A DNA stretch of 64,000 bases from an uncultured Arenicella sp. Its GTDB lineage: Bacteria; Pseudomonadota; Gammaproteobacteria; Arenicellales; Arenicellaceae. Under the pieces are notes generated by a model. The model searched no databases. It was not told the DNA's origin and saw only the letters and a program-made list of their open reading frames with translations. Shown here one piece after another: positions 47,259 through 57,231 of the stretch (positions are counted from its first letter, which is position 1; the number at the start of each line of letters is the position of its first letter). The stretch lies in NCBI GenBank assembly GCA_947499305.1, contig CANMNN010000016.1:8614-72613 (forward strand), in the 5' to 3' direction. Both the position numbers and the translations under genes were made by a program.

Positions 47259-47963
47259 ATGACTCACCACGATCTTGATCAGAACAAAAGGATGAGCCAC
47301 TATGTTGGCTGGTCACTTATCGCATTAATCACGATAGGGATATTGGCATCCATGACCATTTCGTCGGGAATCGATATAAACTTATCGGCCGACATTGCTA
47401 AAACTGCTGAAAATATGCTGCAGGCGCAAGATAGGTTGCAGGCTCGGGCGTATGTGTCTTTGTTTTCCTTTATGCTTCAAGCGTTCATTTCTGTTGGCTT
47501 CTTCTTCCTTTTGCGAGCGTATGGGCCGATATTGGCAACTTGGGCATTGGCTATCGGTGTCTCTGCCTCTTTGCTCAGCTTAACGGGCGCAGTGTCGGCA
47601 ATGAATGTCGCTCTATTGGCTGAGAACTCAGCATTCGAAGTACTTACCAGTGACGCTCAGCGCTTGATGCTTGCTGGAATGCAGATAAGCTCAGACTACA
47701 CCTCATTTCACTTATCGCTGGTTCTAGGCTGTCTCGCCAATGCTGCGGTGTTCACACTGTTTTTAAAGTCTAATCTGATACCTAGATTGATCTCAGGTTG
47801 GGGTGTCTTTGCGTCAATTTTTGTTGCCACCGCTATCGTCGGCCGAGATTTCATACCCGCGCTTGCAAGCAACACTATTACCGTTGCATTCATGCTGTCG
47901 AACCTAATAGCGATAGTCGCGCTTGGGCTGTATTTGGGTATCAAGGGCATTCGCAAGCCTTAA
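47259..47963 (+). CDS. DUF4386-like multi-pass membrane protein
   Basis: About 6 TM segments; LFLKSNLIPRLISGWG; CAGGAG RBS before ATG 47259 (track start 47199). Confidence 0.7.
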   Translation: MTHHDLDQNKRMSHYVGWSLIALITIGILASMTISSGIDINLSADIAKTAENMLQAQDRLQARAYVSLFSFMLQAFISVGFFFLLRAYGPILATWALAIGVSASLLSLTGAVSAMNVALLAENSAFEVLTSDAQRLMLAGMQISSDYTSFHLSLVLGCLANAAVFTLFLKSNLIPRLISGWGVFASIFVATAIVGRDFIPALASNTITVAFMLSNLIAIVALGLYLGIKGIRKP

Positions 47964-48244
47964 CTAAACAGTCTCGATTTCGAAAATTTGCGCTGCAGTA
48001 ATTGTGTTGTAGGAAGCGTGTTTTATCAGCGTCGGTTAGCGCCATGTTTTTCAAATTTCAGCGATACGACACCGAAGTGAGAGTTCCTGTGAAATAGTCA
48101 TTCTCCGGCCTCGAGTGCGTAATGAACTGTAATATTGCTTAGCAATTGAATAGGCTCATAATTCATTAGTTGCTCAGTGGATTGCTAATTTTGAGAATAT
48201 CCGCTTTGCCGAATCTTGATTGCAACGTAGAAAGGAGTTAACTC

Positions 48245-49252
48245 ATGATCGACCTGCTGAATAAGCTAACATTTAAGCTGATGCTGGCCCTAGCCGTATC
48301 AGCTTATGCAACAAGTAGCGACGCAAAGCCGATAGACAGCGCGTCGGCCACGACTAACGGGTGTGAGGCCACGCCAAAGGTGCTGACGAATACCTCATTA
48401 AGTGGCTTGGCTGACTTTTGGTTTGGTTCGCCCGATTTTCAATTTGCAATACTAACCGCGACCAACGCACGTGCAGCCAATCCTCTGTTTAACTTTATAT
48501 CAAATCCACATGATCTGAGTACTGGAAGCCATGTTTGTATTCCTAAAATAGCGGAAGCCGAGCGCTTGAAGCTTCGGTTCGATGGCTATTTAGAAGCTGT
48601 ACACGACATGGCCTTAGCAGAACCAAGTGAAGTAGTTAACAGCCTTGATGCAGTGCCATCTTCTGGCCCCGCTACCGTAGTGTCGTGGGTAAGAGCAGGT
48701 CAAGTGAAAGGCTTCGGTAAGCCGGGTAGTGCCTATACTAGCAGCGGTAGTATATGGGTTACTCTGGCTCCACATATTCAAGAGTTTTGTAAAGACTTCG
48801 TTGAAAATTACAGCAGTAATCCAGATCAACTTAACCTGCGTTTAGAGCAACGGCTGGGCTTAGCTCCCGCCTCATCTAAAACACATTTTATCGAGCTTAA
48901 AATCAATACACCCGCCGATGGTAAATCACTCTTTCGACCATGTGGCGACAGCACTGTAACAACCACCAGCTGCGCTCTTCAGGCTCCTAAGAGTTGTGAT
49001 TTAAACGACAAGATCTGTCATCAAAAAGCCGACTTTTTCTACCAACAGTATTACTCATCATATGGTTCAGCGCGCCCCGTGGAATTCCCTTGGACATCAC
49101 TCGGTTACACCTTTGATTGGGCTTATAAAACTGCTGGCTTGGGCGGGCGCTTTGATTTCATACAAGTTGGTGAAAGTGAATACGTCGTGCCACCGAATAC
49201 TAAAATGGAGGTTGTCTCAACGATGACGACTGCTGAATATTGCGGGCTCTAA
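48245..49252 (+). CDS. Secreted protein with a LysM-like domain and an uncharacterised Cys-rich C-terminal domain
   Basis: Signal peptide; SLSGLADFWFG...ATN...ISNPHDLSTGSHVCIP; LEQRLGL, FRPC, FPWTSLGYTFDW, GESEYVV. Confidence 0.7.
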   Translation: MIDLLNKLTFKLMLALAVSAYATSSDAKPIDSASATTNGCEATPKVLTNTSLSGLADFWFGSPDFQFAILTATNARAANPLFNFISNPHDLSTGSHVCIPKIAEAERLKLRFDGYLEAVHDMALAEPSEVVNSLDAVPSSGPATVVSWVRAGQVKGFGKPGSAYTSSGSIWVTLAPHIQEFCKDFVENYSSNPDQLNLRLEQRLGLAPASSKTHFIELKINTPADGKSLFRPCGDSTVTTTSCALQAPKSCDLNDKICHQKADFFYQQYYSSYGSARPVEFPWTSLGYTFDWAYKTAGLGGRFDFIQVGESEYVVPPNTKMEVVSTMTTAEYCGL

Positions 49253-49335
49253 TATTAAATGTCAGAGCAAGACTCATTGCTTAATCTGGGCTGGTCTATT
49301 TGAACGATCGTTAAAGCTATTCGTAGGCCAAAGAA

Positions 49336-50589
49336 TTAGGGAAATACAACGGACGATACGTACCGATCGCCGTGGTGTGATTCAGAACGCAATTCACAGC
49401 TAAATCGGTCACAGATCCGTTGGACAATACTCAAGCCCATACCGAAGCCTTTAGTGTCTTGCTGTGAAGTGCTCACCGAATTACTTACTGTAACGCGATC
49501 GTTGTATAGCTCGACATTAATTGGTGAGGGCTCGCCATGAACCACCGCATTGCGAATAAGGTTACGCAGCACCACAGATAGCACCGTACTGGGTAGTGGG
49601 TAGTGAAATTCTTCTGCAGAACCTGTGCTAACAACAATTCTATGGTTTGGAAAGCTCGATTGAGTGGCTACCACGGTGCTTTGTAGTGTCGTCACAGAGC
49701 ACATTTCATTTGGCTCAACCCTTCGGTCACTGGCAAGCCACAAAAAGGCTTCGGCAACCTCATTCATCTCTGTCACTGAGCGTTGTAAACGAGATACTGG
49801 TTTTGCTATTTCTTCATCGCCCTCTGCGGTATACAGTTGTAATAACTCGGTAGCCGATTGCGCAATTTGAATGGGTGAGCGTAACTCATGACTGACGCCT
49901 CGGTTAAACTCATATTCACGTCGTGCCGACTCCCTTACTCGTTCGAGAGCTTGTGCAAGCTGGTGCGTCAGAACGCCAATTTCGTCTTCAGAGAATTCAT
50001 TCGCCAGCTCGATAACTACATGATCAAGGTCGTTGTCTCGCAGTGCGTGGCTTAAGCGTGACACCGGCGCCAAGGTGGCTTTACTGAGCCTGCGGGCTAA
50101 CATCACTGCGACTAAGGCGATGACAAGCGTTAGCCCACCGATCAAGACAAACAAGGTTTGCTTGGTATCACGCACTACCAGCAAGTCTTTTACATCGTAT
50201 ACTAAATAATACGGCACCTGATTAGTCGGCTGAGATAAACTGGCAATAAACAGCGCGTGGTCATCATCAAAATATTCATGCACTCCCGGCTGTTCGATAA
50301 TGCGGCTTAACATCGTCTTAGACAAACTGCTGGGCAAGTTACTCGCTGAGTCAACACGCTGTATGTTCGCATTAGCCGGTTGCCATTCATCTATCTTTTG
50401 AGGCTCGCCCTTGGTGATAGTGTTTTCAAACGCCAGTTGCGCTACCTTAATTTGGTTTACAAACACTTTGTCTTCAATTACGTAAACCAAAAGAAAGATC
50501 AGCACGGTAAACAAAAGGCTTAAGCCTAAAGTTAAACCGATCATGGCGTTGCGCACACGAGACGAAATACTAATGGCCATGTTGCTCAT
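49336..50589 (-). CDS. Sensor histidine kinase
   Basis: Two TM segments, HAMP (DEIGVL), H-box VSHELRSP, NAVVHG, GFGMGLSIV. Confidence 0.92.
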   Translation of the reverse strand: MSNMAISISSRVRNAMIGLTLGLSLLFTVLIFLLVYVIEDKVFVNQIKVAQLAFENTITKGEPQKIDEWQPANANIQRVDSASNLPSSLSKTMLSRIIEQPGVHEYFDDDHALFIASLSQPTNQVPYYLVYDVKDLLVVRDTKQTLFVLIGGLTLVIALVAVMLARRLSKATLAPVSRLSHALRDNDLDHVVIELANEFSEDEIGVLTHQLAQALERVRESARREYEFNRGVSHELRSPIQIAQSATELLQLYTAEGDEEIAKPVSRLQRSVTEMNEVAEAFLWLASDRRVEPNEMCSVTTLQSTVVATQSSFPNHRIVVSTGSAEEFHYPLPSTVLSVVLRNLIRNAVVHGEPSPINVELYNDRVTVSNSVSTSQQDTKGFGMGLSIVQRICDRFSCELRSESHHGDRYVSSVVFP

Positions 50590-51259
50590 CCTCCGCCGTT
50601 AATGCGAAGCCGATACCGCGCATTGTTTTCAACATCTTTACTGCAAACGGTCGATCCAGCTCTCGTCGTAATTCATACATGTGCGAGCGCAGCGGCTCAC
50701 TTCCTGGCGGGTTGTCACCCCATAGTAAAAATTCTAAATCATGCCGCGATACCGCGTTGGGTGATGCGCGCATTAGCATCTCAAGAATTTGTAAACAGGC
50801 ACGATGCAAGTTAAGTACTTTGCCTTCGCGCGTTGCTTGCCAGGTGTCGAGGTTTAAACTCAGATCTCCAACGCCAAGTGTTCGGCTCCGGTTGGGTGCC
50901 AGCCTTAGCTTAAGCGCGTCTATCCGCATTACTAGTTCCTTCAACTCAAACGGTTTTACTAAATAGTCCCAAGCACCCAAGCCAAAACCAGTTGCCTTGT
51001 CAGCAAGTGAGTCGCGTGCCGTGAGCATTAGCACTGGCGTGTCGATCTGATGTTCGTCGCGCAGTTGTCGACACACTTCAAAGCCATCCATGCGGGGCAT
51101 ATTAATATCCAAAATGATGGCATCAAACGAATGCTCAATGGCCAGGTTTAGGCCCATGATTCCGTCACTGGCAAAGTCGACTACGTGGCCCTGCAGCTCA
51201 AGGTAGTCGCCAGTATTACCGGCGATATCAGGGTTGTCTTCAATAATTAGTATTCTCAT
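50570..51259 (-). CDS. OmpR/PhoB family response regulator
   Basis: ILIIED, ILDINMPRMDG, LMLTA, DYLVKPF, winged-helix C-terminus. Confidence 0.95.
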   Translation of the reverse strand: MRILIIEDNPDIAGNTGDYLELQGHVVDFASDGIMGLNLAIEHSFDAIILDINMPRMDGFEVCRQLRDEHQIDTPVLMLTARDSLADKATGFGLGAWDYLVKPFELKELVMRIDALKLRLAPNRSRTLGVGDLSLNLDTWQATREGKVLNLHRACLQILEMLMRASPNAVSRHDLEFLLWGDNPPGSEPLRSHMYELRRELDRPFAVKMLKTMRGIGFALTAEDEQHGH

Positions 51260-51280
51260 GTGTTCTACTCTCTTTCCTGT

Positions 51281-53761
51281 TTAAGAAAGTCTGACGGGTT
51301 GCTGCATTTGTCGAAACGCAAACAGCCAACCTAAGCCAACAAAGGCTGTACTGATAAGTGCGGTTAACGCCAAGGCACTTATCCATTCTAGTTCATAGGA
51401 TAGCGCGAACAGAGTATCAAACATTAAGCCAGCGATCAGCTGCACACCCAATACCCCAATCAGACATGCGACCAAGCCAATGACCAGTTGTTCGGTAATA
51501 TTCATGGCGTAACATTGACGGCGTCGTAAACCAATGGCTCGCATCAATGCGCTTTGTGTCTGCCGGTTTTCGGCACTGACGAATGAGGTTGCGACAATTA
51601 CCATGAGCGCGCCAGCGAGTAGTAACAATAGGGTTGTGTTCATCAACCGAGTTAGCACAATCATAATGTCACGAATGCCAGTAATCTGTCGCTCAAGGTC
51701 TGTGACGCGCACTTGCGGAAAATCACGGCCGATGGTGCTAAGCACCGCCTTTGAGTCGTCACTCACCATAATCCCGCCCATGTAACGCTGTTCAAATTTC
51801 GCTAGCGCGTCAGGCGAAAACATAAACCAAAACATCATCCGCGACCCACCGCCTTTATACTCACGCTGGCTAGTAATGGTGGAGCTAAGCAATGAATCAC
51901 CAATTTGAAAGCCAAGTTCGTCGCCTATCTCAAGCCCCAAATCGCTCATTACCTCGTACTCTACCGATACCGCATTACTGCCGGCCGCGGGCCATTCGCC
52001 TTTTAACAGCCGGTTGTTGCTTGGTAACTCTTCTGACCATGACAAGCGAACTTTCGAGCGAGTTTCCTCTCGAGTATCACTCTCGTTATTTAGAGCATCA
52101 TCAATGGCTACGCCATTAATCGTTATGAGCTTAGCAGAAACTGTAGGATAACTGCCTTTACCTTCGGCGCCACCCGCATTAATTGCGTGTGAGAACTCAG
52201 CATGTTGCTCGGCGGGTAAGCCAGTAAAAATATAGTTTCCGTCGGTCTCTAACATTTGCACCTGTAGCACATCCAAAAAACTGCCGCGAAGAGTCACTGT
52301 CATTAATATCGCCATCATCGCAATTGATACGCTGGCCAGTGAGGTCATATGTCGACCAGGTGATCGTCCAATTGAACGAACGGCCACTTTTATCGGGCCT
52401 CGAAAAAGTCGATGCGCCTGCGCAGAAACCTTGCTTAGAACCCAGGCAAAAACGATTGAGAGTACGACTAAAAATGCAACAGCGCCGACTAACATGATGG
52501 TGAGTTGCATGTTGTCACTGCTTAGCCACAACATAGCCACAACCACGACTGTGGCACATAGAGTCGTGATGTGAGACTTAAGCTCGAAACGATTAGGCTT
52601 CTCAATATGCCCGCGCAACACACTAGTAACCGAAATAGAACTGAGCTGCTGCAGTTTTGGAACCACAAAAGCGATAACGGTGATTAAGCCAATGCCAATA
52701 GGCGCCAGCAAGTCACTAGCGGTAACCTCGGCTACTTGTAAGGTCATATGTGGCGTCATTACCTTAATCAAGAGAGGCTGAATCAGCCATCCTAACAAAC
52801 AGCCAACGAAGCTCATTACCAAGGCAACTAATATGAGTTGCAAGCACAACGCCCAAGCAACCGATTTGCGGTTAATGCCCATGCAACGCAATACCGTGGC
52901 AGGCAACGCATAATTACGCATTGAGTGATCCGCTAATGTCGCAGCGGCGCCACCACACATCAATAGTATGAGCACTAGAATTACGTTTAGCATACGTTCG
53001 GCACGCAGACTAATTCTAGAAAAAGGGTGGCGGCCTTTGCCTGGCTTCAATATTTCATAGGGTTGCTTAGCAGAATCTGCTAGCCGTTGTTCGAATTGCC
53101 GTAGCGCGCTATTTTCTCCAGCGAGAAGTGCCCGATACTCGCCCCGATTGTTGTTGATGCCAACGCCGGTTTTATTCAGGGTATTTAGCGAGACCATTGC
53201 TCTTGGCAGTGCGTGTTGAAGTTGCGTTAAGCGGTCAGGTTCATGAATCACCACGCCCGAAACCCGTAGCCATGCGCCGCCAATCTGAATAGTGTCACCC
53301 AATTTCGTTGCAAGCTGATCCATAGCGCGTTGGTCAAGCCAAACAGTGTTATCAAGCAAATGGATAGCGCTGAGATCTAGCTCGCCATCGATTGTTCGAA
53401 TCGTCAGTTCGCCTTGCAGTGGGTAACCATTTGAAACCCCTTTTAGTGAAACGCTTTGATACGCGTCTCCGGCTAGCGCGCCAGTGGTAAAGCTCGCGGT
53501 TGTCACTGGGGGGGCGATGCCATCGAGCTCGAATAAGTCGCTTGGTAGAACTTGATCAGAACGCACCACAAGAGGCGCCCCAAGATAGTTGGCAATGTCT
53601 TTATCCAGCGCCGACTGAACACTGTTAGCGAAAAAACCTAGGCTGGCGGCTACACAGGTGCACACAATAATACAAAGGCTTAAAAGGCGGTTCGCCTTTT
53701 GCCCAATGGTGCGGCGTCCGAGGCGGTTTACTAGCACCATAGTCTGACTGAGTGAATTCAT
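51281..53761 (-). CDS. FtsX-like ABC permease (YbbP-like)
   Basis: Two FtsX-type TM repeats with large periplasmic domains (GYPLQGEL, LDQRAMDQL). Start at 53761 with GGAGG RBS; track gave 53812. Confidence 0.85.
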   Translation of the reverse strand: MNSLSQTMVLVNRLGRRTIGQKANRLLSLCIIVCTCVAASLGFFANSVQSALDKDIANYLGAPLVVRSDQVLPSDLFELDGIAPPVTTASFTTGALAGDAYQSVSLKGVSNGYPLQGELTIRTIDGELDLSAIHLLDNTVWLDQRAMDQLATKLGDTIQIGGAWLRVSGVVIHEPDRLTQLQHALPRAMVSLNTLNKTGVGINNNRGEYRALLAGENSALRQFEQRLADSAKQPYEILKPGKGRHPFSRISLRAERMLNVILVLILLMCGGAAATLADHSMRNYALPATVLRCMGINRKSVAWALCLQLILVALVMSFVGCLLGWLIQPLLIKVMTPHMTLQVAEVTASDLLAPIGIGLITVIAFVVPKLQQLSSISVTSVLRGHIEKPNRFELKSHITTLCATVVVVAMLWLSSDNMQLTIMLVGAVAFLVVLSIVFAWVLSKVSAQAHRLFRGPIKVAVRSIGRSPGRHMTSLASVSIAMMAILMTVTLRGSFLDVLQVQMLETDGNYIFTGLPAEQHAEFSHAINAGGAEGKGSYPTVSAKLITINGVAIDDALNNESDTREETRSKVRLSWSEELPSNNRLLKGEWPAAGSNAVSVEYEVMSDLGLEIGDELGFQIGDSLLSSTITSQREYKGGGSRMMFWFMFSPDALAKFEQRYMGGIMVSDDSKAVLSTIGRDFPQVRVTDLERQITGIRDIMIVLTRLMNTTLLLLLAGALMVIVATSFVSAENRQTQSALMRAIGLRRRQCYAMNITEQLVIGLVACLIGVLGVQLIAGLMFDTLFALSYELEWISALALTALISTAFVGLGWLFAFRQMQQPVRLS

Positions 53762-53762
53762 C

Positions 53763-54437
53763 TTAGGCCTCCGACACCAGTCTGCCTGATTGCAAATACA
53801 AAACCCGATCACATCGTTTAGCCAAGGCTTTATCGTGTGTCGCGATCACCATGCTGGTATTGAGCTCGCGTTGCAAAGAGAATAGCTGATCCAGCACTGT
53901 TTCAGCCGTGGCTGTGTCAAGATTGGCGGTGGGCTCATCGGCAAACAGGATAGCTGGGTTTACAGCAAACGCTCGGCACAACGCAACTCTTTGTTGCTCG
54001 CCACCAGATAACTGTTTCGGAAAATGCTTCAAACGATCTTTCATGCCTAATTTTTCAAGCCACTCGGCCGCAACATCAAAAGGCGCTTTGTGACCAAAGA
54101 GCTCTAACGGCAAAGCGACGTTTTCAAGCGCGCTTAAATCATCAATCAAATAGAAAGATTGAAATACAAAGCCAACAGTATCGGCACGTAAGAGCGCGCG
54201 CTGGTCTTCATCCAATTCGGTAATGTCATGATCACCAATAATCACCTTTCCCTGCTGCGGAATATCCAAGCCCGCTAACACGCCAAGCAAAGTCGACTTG
54301 CCACTGCCTGAGGCGCCTTGTATAGCAACCGATTCACCCTTCTTAAGGTCTAAGCTGACGTCATCGAGAATGGTCAGTAGGCCCGCTTTGGTATTGATTT
54401 TTCGCTTGATTGATTGTGCTGACAATATGGCGCTCAT
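53763..54437 (-). CDS. ABC ATP-binding protein (YbbA/LolD-like)
   Basis: GASGSGKST, LSGGEQQRVA, FADEPTANLD, IATHD. Confidence 0.95.
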   Translation of the reverse strand: MSAILSAQSIKRKINTKAGLLTILDDVSLDLKKGESVAIQGASGSGKSTLLGVLAGLDIPQQGKVIIGDHDITELDEDQRALLRADTVGFVFQSFYLIDDLSALENVALPLELFGHKAPFDVAAEWLEKLGMKDRLKHFPKQLSGGEQQRVALCRAFAVNPAILFADEPTANLDTATAETVLDQLFSLQRELNTSMVIATHDKALAKRCDRVLYLQSGRLVSEA

Positions 54438-55402
54438 TGTATTTTTCCTTCTAATTTTGTATCCACATCTAAGCCGTCGAAGAATGATAAAGCCGTGTCT
54501 AGGTATTCAGGCGGTAAGCGGTGACCAGCGTCGAACCAGCTTAATACTTTGTCGCGCGATGAAATTTGATCAAAGGTTTTTTGAGTTTGACCTTGGTCTG
54601 AATGAGGGTCTTTAGTGCCAGCTAGCCATAGCACTTTTGCATCAGTGATTTTATTTACATGAATGCGCGGCGCAACCGGCGATGTATCAGAGCCAACATA
54701 GGGCGGTACCATTGTAACTACTGTGTTTACACTGGGCTCGAAGCTAGCTAACAATAAGCTCATTTGAGCGCCCATGCTGTAGCCCATCACCAATACCTGG
54801 TCTGGCTCGAGTTCTTGTTGCGCCCAGTTTAAGGCAATACGATAATCTCGTACGGTACCAATGATGGTCTCAATATATAAGCGAGGCTCATTACTGTGAG
54901 CGCGCGCTATAAGTTCGCGTGGACCAAAACCAACACGGCCGCGTTGTCCGTGTTGGCGAGCATCTAGGCTGATAATGGTATAACCCTTTTCGAGTAAATG
55001 AGCCGTCATTTTTTGCGCATCAAGTGGGCTTTTGTCGCTCCACCAAAATTGCTGATCAATGCCCATTGGGTGTAGCACCAACGCAAGTTTAGTCGGTGTT
55101 GCTGTATTCTTTGGATATGCGATTAGGCCATTTACCGCTTGCCCATCATCACTGGTAAAACGAATTTCAGCGCGTTCACCAATTGCACCACCTTCTAGCT
55201 TTGTAAGAGTAAGGTTTATAGGTTCAGCTGAATCGTAGGAGAACCAATGAGATAAATACGCTTGCTCTAAATTCACCTCTGCTAAATTCACCTCTGCTAA
55301 ATTCACCTCTGTCAGTGCCTCAGGCGCAGGTTCTGCATTTAGTGCAGGTATCTGTAGGGCTAGCATTAGCCCTAACAAAAAAATTGAGTTGGATAACTTC
55401 AT
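54434..55402 (-). CDS. Exported alpha/beta-hydrolase
   Basis: Signal peptide; GYSMG nucleophile, GTKDP (Asp), AGHRLP (His); ATGA overlap with the ABC ATPase. Confidence 0.85.
   Translation of the reverse strand: MKLSNSIFLLGLMLALQIPALNAEPAPEALTEVNLAEVNLAEVNLEQAYLSHWFSYDSAEPINLTLTKLEGGAIGERAEIRFTSDDGQAVNGLIAYPKNTATPTKLALVLHPMGIDQQFWWSDKSPLDAQKMTAHLLEKGYTIISLDARQHGQRGRVGFGPRELIARAHSNEPRLYIETIIGTVRDYRIALNWAQQELEPDQVLVMGYSMGAQMSLLLASFEPSVNTVVTMVPPYVGSDTSPVAPRIHVNKITDAKVLWLAGTKDPHSDQGQTQKTFDQISSRDKVLSWFDAGHRLPPEYLDTALSFFDGLDVDTKLEGKIQ
55267..55311. repeat. 15-bp tandem repeat x3 (in frame, EVNLA)
   Basis: CTAAATTCACCTCTG repeated three times exactly. Confidence 0.95.
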
Positions 55403-55451
55403 AATTGCTCTCTAGGTTTGTTTCGATAAACAGAAGACTAATGGATGAATG

Positions 55452-55472
55452 TTCAAATGAACCTCAAATGGC
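55452..55472 (-). promoter_or_regulatory. 11-bp-period direct-repeat box, copy 1 (OmpR/PhoB-like)
   Basis: Minus strand GCCATTTGAGGTTCATTTGAA, about 50 nt upstream of the hydrolase start; 20/21 identical to copy 2. Confidence 0.6.
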
Positions 55473-55739
55473 TCCCTGATCTAATTCAGCGTTGAGGAGC
55501 GATACGGCACCGTTCACTCTGGAAGCCGAGATATCGTCTCGTATTATTTTCAGGGTCGAATTAAGCACGTTCTTAGTAATTTCGACGCTGTAGATTTCGA
55601 AGTTAGCGACTTCAGGCCTGGAGACCACTACAATGGTTTCAATTGGTTCGGCAAGTGTCGTGAGGCCTTCTTGCGCCCGGACCGATTGGCCAACTAGGAG
55701 AGAAGAGATGAGGCTTAAACTAATGATTAAATTTTTCAT
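55464..55739 (-). CDS. Small secreted hypothetical protein
   Basis: Signal peptide MKNLIISLSLISSLLVGQSVRA. Confidence 0.65.
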   Translation of the reverse strand: MKNLIISLSLISSLLVGQSVRAQEGLTTLAEPIETIVVVSRPEVANFEIYSVEITKNVLNSTLKIIRDDISASRVNGAVSLLNAELDQGAI

Positions 55740-55794
55740 GATCGTATTCCGTATCTAGGCTTGTTGTTGATACGAAAATATTAAGGGACCAAGA

Positions 55795-55815
55795 TTCAAA
55801 TGAACTTCAAATGGC
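55795..55815 (-). promoter_or_regulatory. 11-bp-period direct-repeat box, copy 2 (OmpR/PhoB-like)
   Basis: Minus strand GCCATTTGAAGTTCATTTGAA, about 56 nt upstream of the 55739 start. Confidence 0.6.
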
Positions 55816-55986
55816 GGACCTTACCTTTGCCTTGAGCTGACTTTACGAATAAAATGAAAGAGGCGAAGCCCAGTTAAGAAATGCATCGCAAAACCTAATT
55901 ATCTTTATTAGGAATCTATCGCGGCGAGAGTGATCTCTTGTCTTCTGCCATCGACGTTTTAGTGGGCTTCATAGAATAAGAACAGC

Positions 55987-57093
55987 ATGTCACAGTCTCA
56001 AACTTTTATATTGGCGATTGGTGCCTTTCAAGGGCTCGTGCTATTTGCGCTGCTAATTTCCGACAAAAGAGTCAGTTACGCAAGCAAACTGCTAGGCTTG
56101 CAGTGTCTCTTTATTTCAACTACGTTTGCTCTGCCACTAATCGTAGACGCAAACGAAAGCATAACCTCTTGGTTGATTGGCCCATTAGTGTTTTTGCCTG
56201 CTTGTTATGGCGCTCTTACCTACTTGTATTGCCGAACAGCCATCACGGGCTCATCACTAAAATATTCAGATTTGCTTCACCTTGTGCCGTTGGGTATCTG
56301 CTATTTGCTCAATTACGATATCGTCTTGTCGGCTGAGAAAGCCTATAGTTTTGTCAGATTGCCTGAAACGATCGAGTTTAGGCACACCATTACCAAGATT
56401 GTTTATTACGGTCAGATAGTCGTCTATGTTGCGTTGTTGATTAGACTCGTAGGCCAATATCAACTTAAAGCCAAGCAGACGCTTTCGTCTTATAACCCTG
56501 ATATTTTCATGTGGCTCTGGAGTCTGATTGCTTTTACAGGGCTATTCTGGGGTTTGAAAATGCTGTTTTACTTTTTAAAGTTACCTTCAGCTATTAATAT
56601 TTTGGCAGATTTGTTACTCGTTCTTTTGGTCTACTCAATTGCATTTATTCAGTGGCGTAATCCCAGTTTCTTCCACGTAAAACAGTTAAAAAATGAACTG
56701 GCGTCGCCAAGTCAGTCAGAGTCGAACCAGCCTTCTGAGGGTGTGTTAGATCAAGAAATGCGCTCAAATTTTCTACAATTGGTGCAAGAGCGAGTAAAAG
56801 AGCGGGCACTGTATCGCGACAGCGACCTCACTCTAGCAACGCTGGCTGATGATATTGGGATTAATGTTCATCATCTATCTGAGACACTAAATCAGCAGGG
56901 TGGAAAAAACTTCAATCAGTTTATTAACGAATACCGTGTCGCTGAAGTATGCCAGCAGCTCGAGCAGAAAAGCGATCGTAAATTGGTTGATCTGGCACTG
57001 GATGCCGGATTCTCATCAAGAAGTAGCTTCAACGCCATCTTTAAAAAAATCACGGGTAAAACGCCCAGCCTTTTCCGACAACAACTGGGTTAA
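55987..57093 (+). CDS. Membrane-bound AraC-family regulator
   Basis: About 7 N-terminal TM helices; LYRDSDLTLATLA...HHLSETLN...NFNQFINEYRV...ALDAGFSSRSSFNAIFKKITGKTPS. Confidence 0.93.
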   Translation: MSQSQTFILAIGAFQGLVLFALLISDKRVSYASKLLGLQCLFISTTFALPLIVDANESITSWLIGPLVFLPACYGALTYLYCRTAITGSSLKYSDLLHLVPLGICYLLNYDIVLSAEKAYSFVRLPETIEFRHTITKIVYYGQIVVYVALLIRLVGQYQLKAKQTLSSYNPDIFMWLWSLIAFTGLFWGLKMLFYFLKLPSAINILADLLLVLLVYSIAFIQWRNPSFFHVKQLKNELASPSQSESNQPSEGVLDQEMRSNFLQLVQERVKERALYRDSDLTLATLADDIGINVHHLSETLNQQGGKNFNQFINEYRVAEVCQQLEQKSDRKLVDLALDAGFSSRSSFNAIFKKITGKTPSLFRQQLG

Positions 57094-57231
57094 CGAGCAT
57101 CCAAAGCGCGTTGAACACACCCTAAAAAGCGCTGAAATTATAATATTGGGCATCTAATTTTATAATGTAAGCCATTTTTAACCCGCTCTCTTGGTCAAAT
57201 GAACTCATCAAATAACTGATGGAGTTTCACA

